Below, in pieces: positions 6,827 through 16,676 of a stretch of DNA of 16,951 nucleotides. The translations under genes and the position numbers were made by a program. The stretch lies in IMG/VR virus record IMGVR_UViG_3300009149_000021, one strand, 5' to 3'. The number at the start of each line of letters is the position of its first letter. Within the stretch, counting starts at the first letter, position 1. The notes under the pieces were generated by a model. The model did not search any database. It saw only the letters and a list, made by a program, of their open reading frames with translations, and was not told where the DNA came from. The stretch is from a virus. Its lineage: Duplodnaviria; Heunggongvirae; Uroviricota; Caudoviricetes.

Positions 6827-9800
6827 TTAATTCAAGAAAGCGAATTCTTTTATATGAATTCTTTCCTTCCAAACGAACATAAGTTTATTAGGCTTATCAA
6901 TTGTTTGAAGAATTGATTTATTTGCAAAGTCCGTAACCTTTACAATTTTATCATAGATGAATGATCCTATCTTCAAAATTGATTTCCATAAATCTTGTTT
7001 ATCATGATGTAATGTATAATTTTGTAAATAAACATTATAATTGCTTTCAAAGTTTTTCCCACCACGATATATTAAATAGTTAGTCAATTTGTCATTCAGC
7101 GACAAATTGCAATTTTTATCTATGAATTTAGAAATAGTTTTCTTATCATACTTATTTTTATTTATACAATTCAATAGTGTATCTGATATTGGTTTATAAA
7201 ATAATTCTTTGAATCTATTATATATAGAACTACCAACTGCAGTGCATGATTTTTGATAATATATATTTCTAGATTGTAATGTATTAAATAGAGAAAGTAC
7301 TGTTTTTGAAAATATCTCCAATTTTTTATTTTCGATGATTGTTGGTTTGAGAATACTAAAACAATAATCATCCATGGTTGAGTGATCATAATTTTTGATC
7401 AGACAAATTTTTGCTGTTTCAATTTGAAAGATAAAATGGATTATATAATAACAATCCAACATAGTCTCAACATTGATATGATGTTCCGTTCCATTCAAAG
7501 ATTTCTGGAATATCGCAAGCATTCTGGACATTCCTTTTTTATTGTGCAATGAAAATGATTTTAATAGTTTATCTAGTTCATGGTTGTATTCAGATTCTAT
7601 TCTATTAAATAATTGATCGTTATTCTTTTTAACATGTGAGAATATTTTTCTCATTGATTGCATTTCTTTTTCCAAACTGTTTATAATGATATTGTTGAAT
7701 CCAAGTTTCCATTTTTCTTTATAGATTTTCTTATTAATTTTTTTGGATAAAAAAACATTTTCCTTTTCATTTAGATTGGTGGATTCTTTTATTGCGTTGT
7801 AAACCCACTCACTTATTGTTTTTAATGATTCTCTGCCTGTGTCAAATTTTTTGTCAATTTTAGTCACATCGTCAACTTTATTTTCTTTATCTTTCTTAAT
7901 TTCATTATCGTTGTAGTCACAGCGTTTAATATTATATCTCGAACGCTCCATGGCTTCCAAAGCGATTCCTTTCTTATCATTGTATGCATATATATAAACA
8001 GCTGGTTTCTTTTTAAGAATCTTTCCACGTTCACCGAAGAATCTTCCAAGGGTCTGATTTATAGAATCTGTCATCTTGTTTACTGAAATCTCATAATATT
8101 TTTCTTTGAGATCTTCATTACGATTCAATTCATCAAATATAGAATCTTCATCGGGTCCAAGTTTATTTCCATATACTTTCATAAATGTTTTTGCAAGTGA
8201 TTTTGGATTCTCTGGCGAAATGAAATAATGAACTTCTTTAATAGGATTATCAGACTTATCTCTTTTAATAAATATGTTACTTCCTTTGATAGATGTAGAT
8301 GTTATATCTCCCTCGAACTGATTGTTTGAAATAACTAATATGGATTCGGGATCATCTTTCTTAAGTGATTTTATAAATTCACGAATAGAATCTTTATTTT
8401 TAGAAATAGGAAGCAGATCATTATATTCATTTTTTTCTGTAAAAATATATGCGAGTGCAGATTCACTTTCATTTTCAATTTTATTTGTCCTGTCTTCAAT
8501 ATTAACACCATCAAAATTGTTTTTCATATATTCAACAGGAATTATTTCTGTTGTTAGAATTATTGTCTGGATATCATTCTCGTAAAAGATGTTAAAGAAA
8601 TTTTTCTTTTGACTGTCTGGTACGAATAATAGATTACCAGCTTTGAAATTTTTATCTTGAAAATTTAATGGATTTATAATTTTGAATTCGTTATCTTTGA
8701 AAAGATCCTTATTCATTGAGAGTTCTGGATCATCTAGAAATTTGACAGCATCTTCAATATTTTTATTATACTTTCTTTTTAATTTGGATTTTAAATTATT
8801 TATCCTTCTTGACACATTGTGCCTCACTTCATCAGTATCAGCCTCTTTCATATGTTTTTCAGCTAGCTTTATCTGATCCATTATAGTTTCGAGACTATCG
8901 TATTTTGAAGAATACACGGCAGATGCTGCATTCAGTTCCTCTATAGTTAGGAATGGTGAATTCAATAAAGGAAACTCGTCGAATATCAGTGTGGCAGAAT
9001 CAGACCAATATTTTAGATTTTTCTCATTCATTTGTTTGAAGTGATATAAGAAATTACTTTGGTCTATGAAAAATATTTTATTGTTATGTTCTGTAATTGT
9101 ATGTTTGAATATATCATTATATTGTTTTGTCGCTTCAGCTAATTCCTTTTTGATTTCATTTAATAATTTTTTACTTAAGAATAATATCTTTATTTTGTAT
9201 TTGTCATGGTTTGTATAATTTCCATTGCCAGGGAACACTTCAGATTTGTCCAATTGTATATCTTCTATTATTATAGGTTTCTTGGATTCAAAATATGATT
9301 CGTCAATTTTATATGATATTGATCTATAGTCAGGATTCATACAATAACCATCATCATCTATCTTTTCCAAAAATCTTTTTGTTATCCACCATGATGTCTT
9401 CAGATCGTTAGTGAGAAACTTCTCTACATTATTAAACACCTTGAGGTCCATACAATGATTATATGCGACTGGGTCGGTTTTCTGCATGCTTTCGACTACA
9501 ACCAAACCAATGCCATTTAGTTTTGGATATCTGTGAATATTTTTAATTATTTCATTTAGATGTTTGTAGATCATTCTCGAACTTACCACAAAATTTCCAC
9601 TTAGCGGATTCTTATTAGTTGTATTTTGAGAATTATGCTTCCATTGAAAACGCACCAGTTCTTTCTCTCTGGTATTTTTGTGCTCAAATCTTATGCTCTG
9701 TGAATCTGTTTTAGAATCTTTCGACACCAAAAAACCATCATATATAAATTCAGTATGCTCGGCATTTATGCCAGACTTGATGTTATCATATAAATCTGGA

Positions 9801-10090
9801 AATGATGACTTTATAATTTTTCTTAGTATTTCACTTTTGGATTTTAACAATTCTGGGTTTTTTGATTTTTTGTTTTTTGATTGTCCGTGGATGGAACTGT
9901 AACTATTGTATTTTTCGACTGTCTGTTTTATGGACGGGCATATATAAAATATTGCCTTATCTCCATATGAGTCAATTATATCTGGAGGCGGGTTTGAGAG
10001 ATTATTGAAAATGCCAAACGACTTTCCACAACCCTCATTCCCACGAAGAACAGTAAATACACTGTTTAATTCTTCATTGTTAATCAACAT
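6827..10090 (-). CDS. Large divergent SF2 helicase-like ATPase
   Basis: Motif I GNEGCGKS, Ia IFYICPS, II LIFDEFP (about residue 371), III ILTTE and VI NQTLGRFFGER (about residue 679). SD AGAAAGGAG. Confidence 0.65.
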   Translation of the reverse strand: MLINNEELNSVFTVLRGNEGCGKSFGIFNNLSNPPPDIIDSYGDKAIFYICPSIKQTVEKYNSYSSIHGQSKNKKSKNPELLKSKSEILRKIIKSSFPDLYDNIKSGINAEHTEFIYDGFLVSKDSKTDSQSIRFEHKNTREKELVRFQWKHNSQNTTNKNPLSGNFVVSSRMIYKHLNEIIKNIHRYPKLNGIGLVVVESMQKTDPVAYNHCMDLKVFNNVEKFLTNDLKTSWWITKRFLEKIDDDGYCMNPDYRSISYKIDESYFESKKPIIIEDIQLDKSEVFPGNGNYTNHDKYKIKILFLSKKLLNEIKKELAEATKQYNDIFKHTITEHNNKIFFIDQSNFLYHFKQMNEKNLKYWSDSATLIFDEFPLLNSPFLTIEELNAASAVYSSKYDSLETIMDQIKLAEKHMKEADTDEVRHNVSRRINNLKSKLKRKYNKNIEDAVKFLDDPELSMNKDLFKDNEFKIINPLNFQDKNFKAGNLLFVPDSQKKNFFNIFYENDIQTIILTTEIIPVEYMKNNFDGVNIEDRTNKIENESESALAYIFTEKNEYNDLLPISKNKDSIREFIKSLKKDDPESILVISNNQFEGDITSTSIKGSNIFIKRDKSDNPIKEVHYFISPENPKSLAKTFMKVYGNKLGPDEDSIFDELNRNEDLKEKYYEISVNKMTDSINQTLGRFFGERGKILKKKPAVYIYAYNDKKGIALEAMERSRYNIKRCDYNDNEIKKDKENKVDDVTKIDKKFDTGRESLKTISEWVYNAIKESTNLNEKENVFLSKKINKKIYKEKWKLGFNNIIINSLEKEMQSMRKIFSHVKKNNDQLFNRIESEYNHELDKLLKSFSLHNKKGMSRMLAIFQKSLNGTEHHINVETMLDCYYIIHFIFQIETAKICLIKNYDHSTMDDYCFSILKPTIIENKKLEIFSKTVLSLFNTLQSRNIYYQKSCTAVGSSIYNRFKELFYKPISDTLLNCINKNKYDKKTISKFIDKNCNLSLNDKLTNYLIYRGGKNFESNYNVYLQNYTLHHDKQDLWKSILKIGSFIYDKIVKVTDFANKSILQTIDKPNKLMFVWKERIHIKEFAFLN

Positions 10091-10178
10091 GGGTTTACTC
10101 CTTTCTTATTTTAATTTTGTTATGCGAAAAAATATTTGATTTTTTTAAGCAATAAAAATGTATTCTTGTTTTTGTTTT

Positions 10179-10185
10179 GTTCTCT
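10179..10185 (-). promoter_or_regulatory. Recurrent motif AGAGAAC upstream of the helicase
   Basis: Minus strand CTTTTAGAGAACAAAA in the divergent intergenic region. Confidence 0.45.
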
Positions 10186-10277
10186 AAAAGAAAGAAATAA
10201 CGCAATCGTACTGCCTCTGGCATACAAGTAATGAATATCTGTACTTTTAAGCACTAAAAAAATATATCTTAATTTTT

Positions 10278-10284
10278 AGAGAAC
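10278..10284 (+). promoter_or_regulatory. Recurrent motif AGAGAAC upstream of the rightward gene block
   Basis: TTTTTAGAGAACAATT, back-to-back with the 10179 copy. Confidence 0.45.
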
Positions 10285-10334
10285 AATTAAAAACAGAGTT
10301 TCTGTTTTTTAATAAAAACGTGTGGAGGAAAACC

Positions 10335-10616
10335 ATGAGTAAAATTGTCGAGTATCAGATCAACACAACAAAGAGCTATAAAATCATGCCGGGGTTCTGG
10401 GTAAATGTAAAAACAAATCTTCAGATTGGTGAATCTGATAGTGTTGTTTCGCCCAAACTAGATCATAATCTTTGTGTAATAAAACCGATTTGTGCGATTG
10501 CTAGTAAAGTCGATGGTGATGGAACTGTTAATTTGTTGATTGTCAATCATAGTAGAATAGAGGTTGATATAAATGAAGAGGAGGTTTTAGGAACAATATT
10601 GGTCCTCGTAAATTAA
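10335..10616 (+). CDS. Degenerate/truncated dUTPase-fold protein
   Basis: KIMPGFWVNVKTNLQI and VDGDGTVNLLIVNHS...INEEEVLGTILV resemble the trimeric dUTPase core, but RSG, the DxDYxG consensus and the C-terminal motif V are missing. Start from GGAGGAAAACCATG. Confidence 0.5.
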   Translation: MSKIVEYQINTTKSYKIMPGFWVNVKTNLQIGESDSVVSPKLDHNLCVIKPICAIASKVDGDGTVNLLIVNHSRIEVDINEEEVLGTILVLVN

Positions 10617-10646
10617 TCAACAAAAAAGAAATAAGGAGATTAATTA

Positions 10647-12218
10647 ATGTCTAAGAAATACGATGAGATGAATTTTTACTTAGGAAGCTTTCTTCATCAG
10701 AATAAAAAAACAAGTTTGCAGCTAAACGGTTATGGCAGATGGAATGACGAGTCATCATCCTTGCAACTATTTTTAAATATTAAATATGGTGCTTTCAACT
10801 ACAACATGGCCATAACAGAGGTTTTGGGTTTTCATTTTGTTATTTCAAACTCTTTATCGAAAAGCCAAGCAATAATAGAATTTTCAGGAGAAAAAATAAA
10901 AACAATAGTAGATACTGCGTCAAAAACAATTAAGTGGGAGACGGAGAAAGGGAATTATGAATTTGTTTTTTCCAATGGTCCATCATTATTTTCTTTTATT
11001 CAAACTGTGGCTGGCTTTTATAATTTGTCCGGCAGCATTATAAATAGTTTTGTATTGTCTAATATATTGTCTAATTTTGAAAGTCAGACAAATATTATAA
11101 CAAATAAAATGGTTTCTGTAATTTCCTGCCAAGAAGAAAACAAAAGTGCGGTTGTGGAAGAAAGCGAAATAGATAAAGCATTGGACGCAGTGATAGAGAA
11201 TAATACAGAATTCGATGAAAAAGTATTGGCGCCGATAATGGAAACGGTATCAAAGAAAGTAACAAAAGAAGCATTGTTTGGATTTAACACATTGGAAAAA
11301 TTCAACGAATACCTTTCCAGTTTGATAATGGAAGATGATTTTCCGAAAATACTCTCCAACCTACCATTTAATCTAATATATATCCCTGATGAAGAAATAT
11401 TATTTTATGGCCTTCAATACGTCAGAAATATCATTAAAACAAAAGGAATTAAGGACAAAGCAATATGTGCACAACCAATTATAATTGGCGAAAGACACAA
11501 GAATATGAAATTTGTTGGTAGAGAAGCTGCAATTTTATTCCTAAGTTTTATAGAAAGTTTGATGGATGATAGATATAAAGATAATGTTTTGGTGATGCTC
11601 ACTTATAAAGTGTTCCTGGCACCATATTTTCAATATGCGTTTGTTGTCGAAAAAGAGAAGTTGCATGAAGATTTGAAATCTGTCTATGACGATTTGGGCG
11701 CATGGAATACCAACTGGGATTCGATGTGGAATACTATACAGGATATGAAAGTTAAAGTGGAAAAATCAAAAACACAGTTGACAAGTAAAGAAAATATTAA
11801 AAATATGCTGATGAAATTAGGATCAATTAAATTTATTAATTATGATTCCAATTCATCATTTGAAAGAAATGTTAAGTTGTTTGAAAGTTTATTATCACCA
11901 TCGGATACTGATAAGGAAATCAGATTTGATTCTGATATTATTAAATTTCTAGAATTGGATGAGTCTACAAAAGAATTATTTTCATGTATTATGAAAGGTT
12001 ATATAAAAGAAAATAAAACCATAGAAACAAATTTTGCAGATATATCTTCGGATGAAATTGCACCATTTAATGTTAATACTTTGAAATATGTTTATTTGTT
12101 TGATGTGTCTAACTTAAAGAAATGGATTAGTGATATAACATATGTCAAATCTAAATGTATAGATTTAGATGCTTCATATGTGGACATGTTGAAAAAATTT
12201 ATTCCATTTTTAAAATAG
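10647..12218 (+). CDS. Hypothetical protein (523 aa)
   Basis: Long ORF with AAGGAG SD. No recognised motif. Confidence 0.85.
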   Translation: MSKKYDEMNFYLGSFLHQNKKTSLQLNGYGRWNDESSSLQLFLNIKYGAFNYNMAITEVLGFHFVISNSLSKSQAIIEFSGEKIKTIVDTASKTIKWETEKGNYEFVFSNGPSLFSFIQTVAGFYNLSGSIINSFVLSNILSNFESQTNIITNKMVSVISCQEENKSAVVEESEIDKALDAVIENNTEFDEKVLAPIMETVSKKVTKEALFGFNTLEKFNEYLSSLIMEDDFPKILSNLPFNLIYIPDEEILFYGLQYVRNIIKTKGIKDKAICAQPIIIGERHKNMKFVGREAAILFLSFIESLMDDRYKDNVLVMLTYKVFLAPYFQYAFVVEKEKLHEDLKSVYDDLGAWNTNWDSMWNTIQDMKVKVEKSKTQLTSKENIKNMLMKLGSIKFINYDSNSSFERNVKLFESLLSPSDTDKEIRFDSDIIKFLELDESTKELFSCIMKGYIKENKTIETNFADISSDEIAPFNVNTLKYVYLFDVSNLKKWISDITYVKSKCIDLDASYVDMLKKFIPFLK

Positions 12219-12227
12219 GAGGAATCG

Positions 12228-12947
12228 ATGTCGTTATGGGTAACTGATTATGATGTGGAAGTAGAACCAAAAAATGAACGCTTTGATGATTATAAAACAG
12301 AAATAGAATATTATAAGGGAATATTTGATGATTCTGATATAAGTCAGGATGATTATAAGGTTGATTCTAGTGGTATATTGTATCCAGGAATGAGAAAGGA
12401 AACATGGAGAGAAGTTAAAATGGAACTTCCAATGACTTCTGGAGATGGAAAGAAATTTATTTCTAAATTTAGTCTTTATGTTTATTTGAAGGCTCCTCTC
12501 TACACAATTATATGTGATAATAAAGATGAAATTTATGATAGGCATGATATGGTTGTCAATATATGGCCATACATCCATCAACGAAAATTTCTGAGAAGAC
12601 ACCTGAAACTTGTAACAAAAAACAGTCCATCTATTGATATGTTTAATTTTCCGACTGGTTTTGTCAAGGATGATCTATGGGATCATCTCCATTCAGAATC
12701 ATATTTATTTACGAAATCTAGATTGACAATAAAGGATTTCACAGTTCACAATTATGTTGGAAATCTCTTCACTTGGTCCGTAAGTTCTATGAAAACGGAT
12801 AAACCATTGTATATTATCCTTTTAACATATGAATTTATTTCTAGATGTAAAAATCAGAAATTTGTGCGCACGTGTGCCATGGGTATATTTGATGCAAAAT
12901 TGACTAAATGGATCAATGATACAAATAGTGATTTACCAAATGTTTAA
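12228..12947 (+). CDS. Hypothetical protein (239 aa)
   Basis: AGGAGG SD overlaps the upstream TAG stop. Confidence 0.85.
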   Translation: MSLWVTDYDVEVEPKNERFDDYKTEIEYYKGIFDDSDISQDDYKVDSSGILYPGMRKETWREVKMELPMTSGDGKKFISKFSLYVYLKAPLYTIICDNKDEIYDRHDMVVNIWPYIHQRKFLRRHLKLVTKNSPSIDMFNFPTGFVKDDLWDHLHSESYLFTKSRLTIKDFTVHNYVGNLFTWSVSSMKTDKPLYIILLTYEFISRCKNQKFVRTCAMGIFDAKLTKWINDTNSDLPNV

Positions 12948-12961
12948 AGAGGTGCAGTAAA

Positions 12962-14068
12962 ATGGCAAGAGAAATGTATGCAGATCAATTGCAGTTTGTT
13001 AGTAATTTGCTTGGGACTTTTCATAAATCAATACTAGATTTTTTTCTGGATGTTTTCTATACAAGATTTAAGATAGGTGTTATAACCACAGCAGATAATT
13101 CCGTTTTCAAAATAACAAAGTATTATGAAAACATGGGAAAAGAAATAACAGGAATTCCGTTGCCATGCGTATCTATTGATCCAACGGGAGATTTAGATCA
13201 TGACGAGCGTACAAACTATCTATGGAGATATAGTAATCTTGCTGGCGGGTTCGGCGGGAAGTTATATGACCCAATTTATGCAGATGGTCATGTAAAAATT
13301 ACACCAGTTTATAATAGATTTCGTGGAACGTATGCTGTATATATGTTTCTAAGTTCCATGGATGAAATGCTTGATATGAAACTGAAATTAATACAATATT
13401 TCGGTGGAAAGGATAGATATTATAAACCAGATTTTATTCATTCATATTTACATATACCAGCGTCCTTAGTGGAATATAGATACCAGAATGATATTCTTGG
13501 TATAGATCAGCAATTGGATTGGTCATCATCACTTTTAGAAAATAGATTGTTTAGGGTTATTGCGAAAGATGTATATGCACATCCAATTGTTATGACACCA
13601 ATTATAAGAATGAGTGGGATACCGTCCCCAAGTGCAAATAAATTTGGTGATTCCAATAATATACCAGATTACAGATTGGAGACTACATTCGAATATGAAA
13701 TGGATTTGCCAGTCTTTCTTATAACCGAAGTAGATTATGAATTCGATTTTTCACAATGTAGATTTTGGGTCACCGGGCATAATGTATACAACCCAACACA
13801 TTATGAATTTTTGATTGATCGCAGTCAGCTGACATGTGATAAGAAAGATTATAATAGGAAAAATGTTCTTATTGCTGAACCAGATGTGGACGAAGAAAAC
13901 TATGAAGTGGATCTGAAACAAAATATTGGACCAGAAAATATTGTTCAGGTTTTTGATGACGGTGATATGATGCCTGTGGATAGATTAACTACAGTCGATA
14001 ATATATTGACTATATCACAAGTCCATGCAAATCACATTTATCATATATTGATTTGGGAGGAAGCATGA
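12962..14068 (+). CDS. Hypothetical protein, possibly virion tail-completion type (weak)
   Basis: 368 aa, SD GAGGTG. LPCVSI and FEYEMDLP segments loosely recall tail-terminator proteins. The confidence value refers to the ORF; the function is speculative. Confidence 0.8.
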   Translation: MAREMYADQLQFVSNLLGTFHKSILDFFLDVFYTRFKIGVITTADNSVFKITKYYENMGKEITGIPLPCVSIDPTGDLDHDERTNYLWRYSNLAGGFGGKLYDPIYADGHVKITPVYNRFRGTYAVYMFLSSMDEMLDMKLKLIQYFGGKDRYYKPDFIHSYLHIPASLVEYRYQNDILGIDQQLDWSSSLLENRLFRVIAKDVYAHPIVMTPIIRMSGIPSPSANKFGDSNNIPDYRLETTFEYEMDLPVFLITEVDYEFDFSQCRFWVTGHNVYNPTHYEFLIDRSQLTCDKKDYNRKNVLIAEPDVDEENYEVDLKQNIGPENIVQVFDDGDMMPVDRLTTVDNILTISQVHANHIYHILIWEEA

Positions 14069-14490
14069 GCAATGTTGTAAATTCCGAAATTTTATTGGCG
14101 GAGTACCGTGAAAACAGACAGAAAATAAAAGATATGATAGCAGATCTAGAATCAAATATGGTTGTTATAAGAACATTAATCCCAAAAGATACAAGTGATT
14201 TTAGGAAAAGTAAAATATATTTAGAAAATACATTAAAAACAATTACAGAGTTTTATAAACTTATTTTTGATATGAGAAAAGAAATAGGTAAATTAGTCAA
14301 AGACGAGATAGCAATTATAACCAAATTGGGCGAATCTGGTGATGATGATAATATATTTGGACGCATGAAAACGATTGATGCGTTTCTCATTGAAATGGGA
14401 ATATCGTTATCCGACCTAAACAAGATAAAACAAAATAAGGATAAGTTGCTAAGTATTGATAAAAAAGATGAGGAGGAAACTGATGAGTGA
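14065..14490 (+). CDS. Hypothetical helical/coiled-coil protein
   Basis: GGGAGG SD, ATG 14065 overlaps the upstream stop (ATGA). Confidence 0.8.
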   Translation: MSNVVNSEILLAEYRENRQKIKDMIADLESNMVVIRTLIPKDTSDFRKSKIYLENTLKTITEFYKLIFDMRKEIGKLVKDEIAIITKLGESGDDDNIFGRMKTIDAFLIEMGISLSDLNKIKQNKDKLLSIDKKDEEETDE

Positions 14491-15619
14491 GAAGAAAATT
14501 TTAAAATCAGTCCAGGGTATGTTTGACAGTTTTATAGAAAAGGATGTTGAAGGACTGATTACTGCAAATGAATCTAAATCGACAATTCCAACAGGAATTG
14601 ATTTACTGGATTTTTTTCTCGGTGGTGGAATAATCATAGGTGGGTTGAGTTGTATTGCTGGGCGCCCTGGTTGTGGAAAAACAACACTAACAGGTGGAAT
14701 CATTGGAAGTGCTCAGAAAGCATTAGAAGGCAAATTACTTTCCGTATATTTAGATTCTGAGAATGCAATGTCAACATTTAGATTATCACAGCTAGGAGTG
14801 AATAATCCAAAAATAAAAGTAAGGGAAGCCAAGACTGTTGAGCAAGTTTTCAGAATAATTGATTCGACTTGTAAATTCATAGAAGAAAATAAAAAGCAGT
14901 TTGAGGATTATAAAACATTAATAGTGTGGGATTCAATAGCAAATACAAAGACTGAAAAAGATTTATTGTCAGATGATATCAATGATACTATTGGTCTAAG
15001 AGCAAGGTTGCTGTCAGCATTACTTCCCAAATATCTGGATAAATTAGAATTGTATAATATCGCATTAGTTGGTATAAATCAATTCAGGGATAAAATTCAG
15101 ATGGGTTTATACAAGCAGCCATCAGATTTGAGATATCTTCAAGGGGATAAGATTCTTCCAGGCGGGAATGCCCTACAATATAATATATCACAGCTCATTG
15201 AACTTAAAGAATCTTCAATTCTCGATGAAAAACAATATGGCTTTAATGGTGTAGTTGTTAAAACCAAATGTTTGAAAAGTAGATTATTCACTCCAAATGT
15301 TGAATTTGAATTGATTTTGGATTATAATTTTGGATTTAGTAATTTTTGGACAAATTATAATCTATTGCGAATTGAAAAAAGAATGACGTCTGGGAGATGG
15401 AGCAAGTTGATAGATCAACCTGATGCAACATGGCAGGGAACAAAAGGCGCGTATGAAAAATATACAACAGACGATGCATTCAAAAAAATGTGGGATTCTG
15501 AAATAGAATCAACGTTAGCAAATTTAATAAAGCGATATAGGCCGGAAAGGGATGATGTTGTCGAACAGTCAGATACATCAACTCAACCAGAGCCAACACA
15601 AAATATCGACATAGTCTAA
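14483..15619 (+). CDS. uvsX: RecA/UvsX-like recombinase
   Basis: IPTGIDLLDFFLGGG, Walker A GRPGCGKT, YLDSE, Walker B IVWDS, INQFR and PGGNAL. Start ATG 14483 from GAGGAGG. Confidence 0.9.
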   Translation: MSEKKILKSVQGMFDSFIEKDVEGLITANESKSTIPTGIDLLDFFLGGGIIIGGLSCIAGRPGCGKTTLTGGIIGSAQKALEGKLLSVYLDSENAMSTFRLSQLGVNNPKIKVREAKTVEQVFRIIDSTCKFIEENKKQFEDYKTLIVWDSIANTKTEKDLLSDDINDTIGLRARLLSALLPKYLDKLELYNIALVGINQFRDKIQMGLYKQPSDLRYLQGDKILPGGNALQYNISQLIELKESSILDEKQYGFNGVVVKTKCLKSRLFTPNVEFELILDYNFGFSNFWTNYNLLRIEKRMTSGRWSKLIDQPDATWQGTKGAYEKYTTDDAFKKMWDSEIESTLANLIKRYRPERDDVVEQSDTSTQPEPTQNIDIV

Positions 15620-15630
15620 AAATGCAATTT

Positions 15631-15637
15631 CGAGAAC
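15631..15637 (+). promoter_or_regulatory. Recurrent motif CGAGAAC upstream of the 155-aa gene
   Basis: AATTTCGAGAACAAAA in the 49-bp gap after the recombinase gene. Confidence 0.45.
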
Positions 15638-15668
15638 AAAATAAAACTGTGGAGCGTTTGGAGGAACA

Positions 15669-16136
15669 ATGGAAAAATTTTCCAAAATGCAATTAAGAAT
15701 AATTACCGAAAGAATGTGGAGAAGCATTGATAGGATTTTTTCACAAGATGTAAAATCTTTCCTTGAATCCATGACACCATCGGATAAAGTAAATTATCTT
15801 CTTTGTAAACAACAATTATCATTGACAATTATGAATTGGTGGATGAATGAAAGTTTAAAACCACTTATGTTTGAACCAGAAAAAGCCATATATAGAACTA
15901 AGGAACAGGTGTATTGTGGTCTAATTGAAAATATTCAGACTGGTAAAGATGTCACATCAGACTTGTTGGAATATGCGATGGTCAACATGTTAATAGTTCC
16001 TAACATTTTAATTTTGACAGAAGACTGTGGCATTGTGCAACGCTATAACAAATCCAGGGGCCAAATAAAATTCGTGAGGGCCGCTATAAAAGATTGCGTA
16101 AAATGTGGAGCCAAATATAGTGACATGGGAAAATAA
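15669..16136 (+). CDS. Hypothetical protein (155 aa)
   Basis: GGAGG SD, one CxxC (CVKC) near the C-terminus. Confidence 0.8.
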   Translation: MEKFSKMQLRIITERMWRSIDRIFSQDVKSFLESMTPSDKVNYLLCKQQLSLTIMNWWMNESLKPLMFEPEKAIYRTKEQVYCGLIENIQTGKDVTSDLLEYAMVNMLIVPNILILTEDCGIVQRYNKSRGQIKFVRAAIKDCVKCGAKYSDMGK

Positions 16137-16672
16137 TGGGAAATATTGATAGAATTCTTGATTATGTAGATAAAAAGAAAGTGCGTGAAAATGTAATAGA
16201 AAATAAACAGCTAGATAAAATAGCAAATAATAAGCTGGATAAAGTCATAATAAGAGAACCCATACAATGCACGAATACTAAAGAAGACGTTTGTATTCAA
16301 TCCTTTAAAGATAAGGTTTTTAATATTAGAGCAACAAAAGTGGATGAGACCCAATTGGATTCTAAAAGTATAAAGTCTTTAATTAAAGATTATGTTGCTG
16401 AAAAATTGGGAGTGTCAAAAACAAAATTTAAATATGAAGATAACGAATTTGAAGATTATGGAATTAAAGATTCCGAATTCTATCATATATTTTTAGTTTT
16501 AGATCAGAATTATGTAGACTATAATATTATTAGAGATGTTTGTTGTCGATTGGTTATGAGTGAACAGTTTTTGGAAAAACAGAAAATTATTCTTTTTTCC
16601 ATTTTAGATATTAAAATATATATTTTTGAAATTATAATTGAAAAAGATATTATAGAATTTCTTAGGAGGTAA
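16136..16672 (+). CDS. Hypothetical protein (178 aa)
   Basis: TAATG overlap with the upstream gene. Confidence 0.78.
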   Translation: MGNIDRILDYVDKKKVRENVIENKQLDKIANNKLDKVIIREPIQCTNTKEDVCIQSFKDKVFNIRATKVDETQLDSKSIKSLIKDYVAEKLGVSKTKFKYEDNEFEDYGIKDSEFYHIFLVLDQNYVDYNIIRDVCCRLVMSEQFLEKQKIILFSILDIKIYIFEIIIEKDIIEFLRR

Positions 16673-16676
16673 AAAG

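Noticed and set aside
1061-16226. Short opposite-strand or alternate-frame ORFs in the track (e.g. 1061-1285, 2016-2315, 2597-2839, 3513-3725, 4036-4315, 5475-5786, 8322-8585, 11084-11359, 14449-14703)
   Set aside because: They lie within better-supported genes, lack SD sites and have compositions typical of shadow ORFs.
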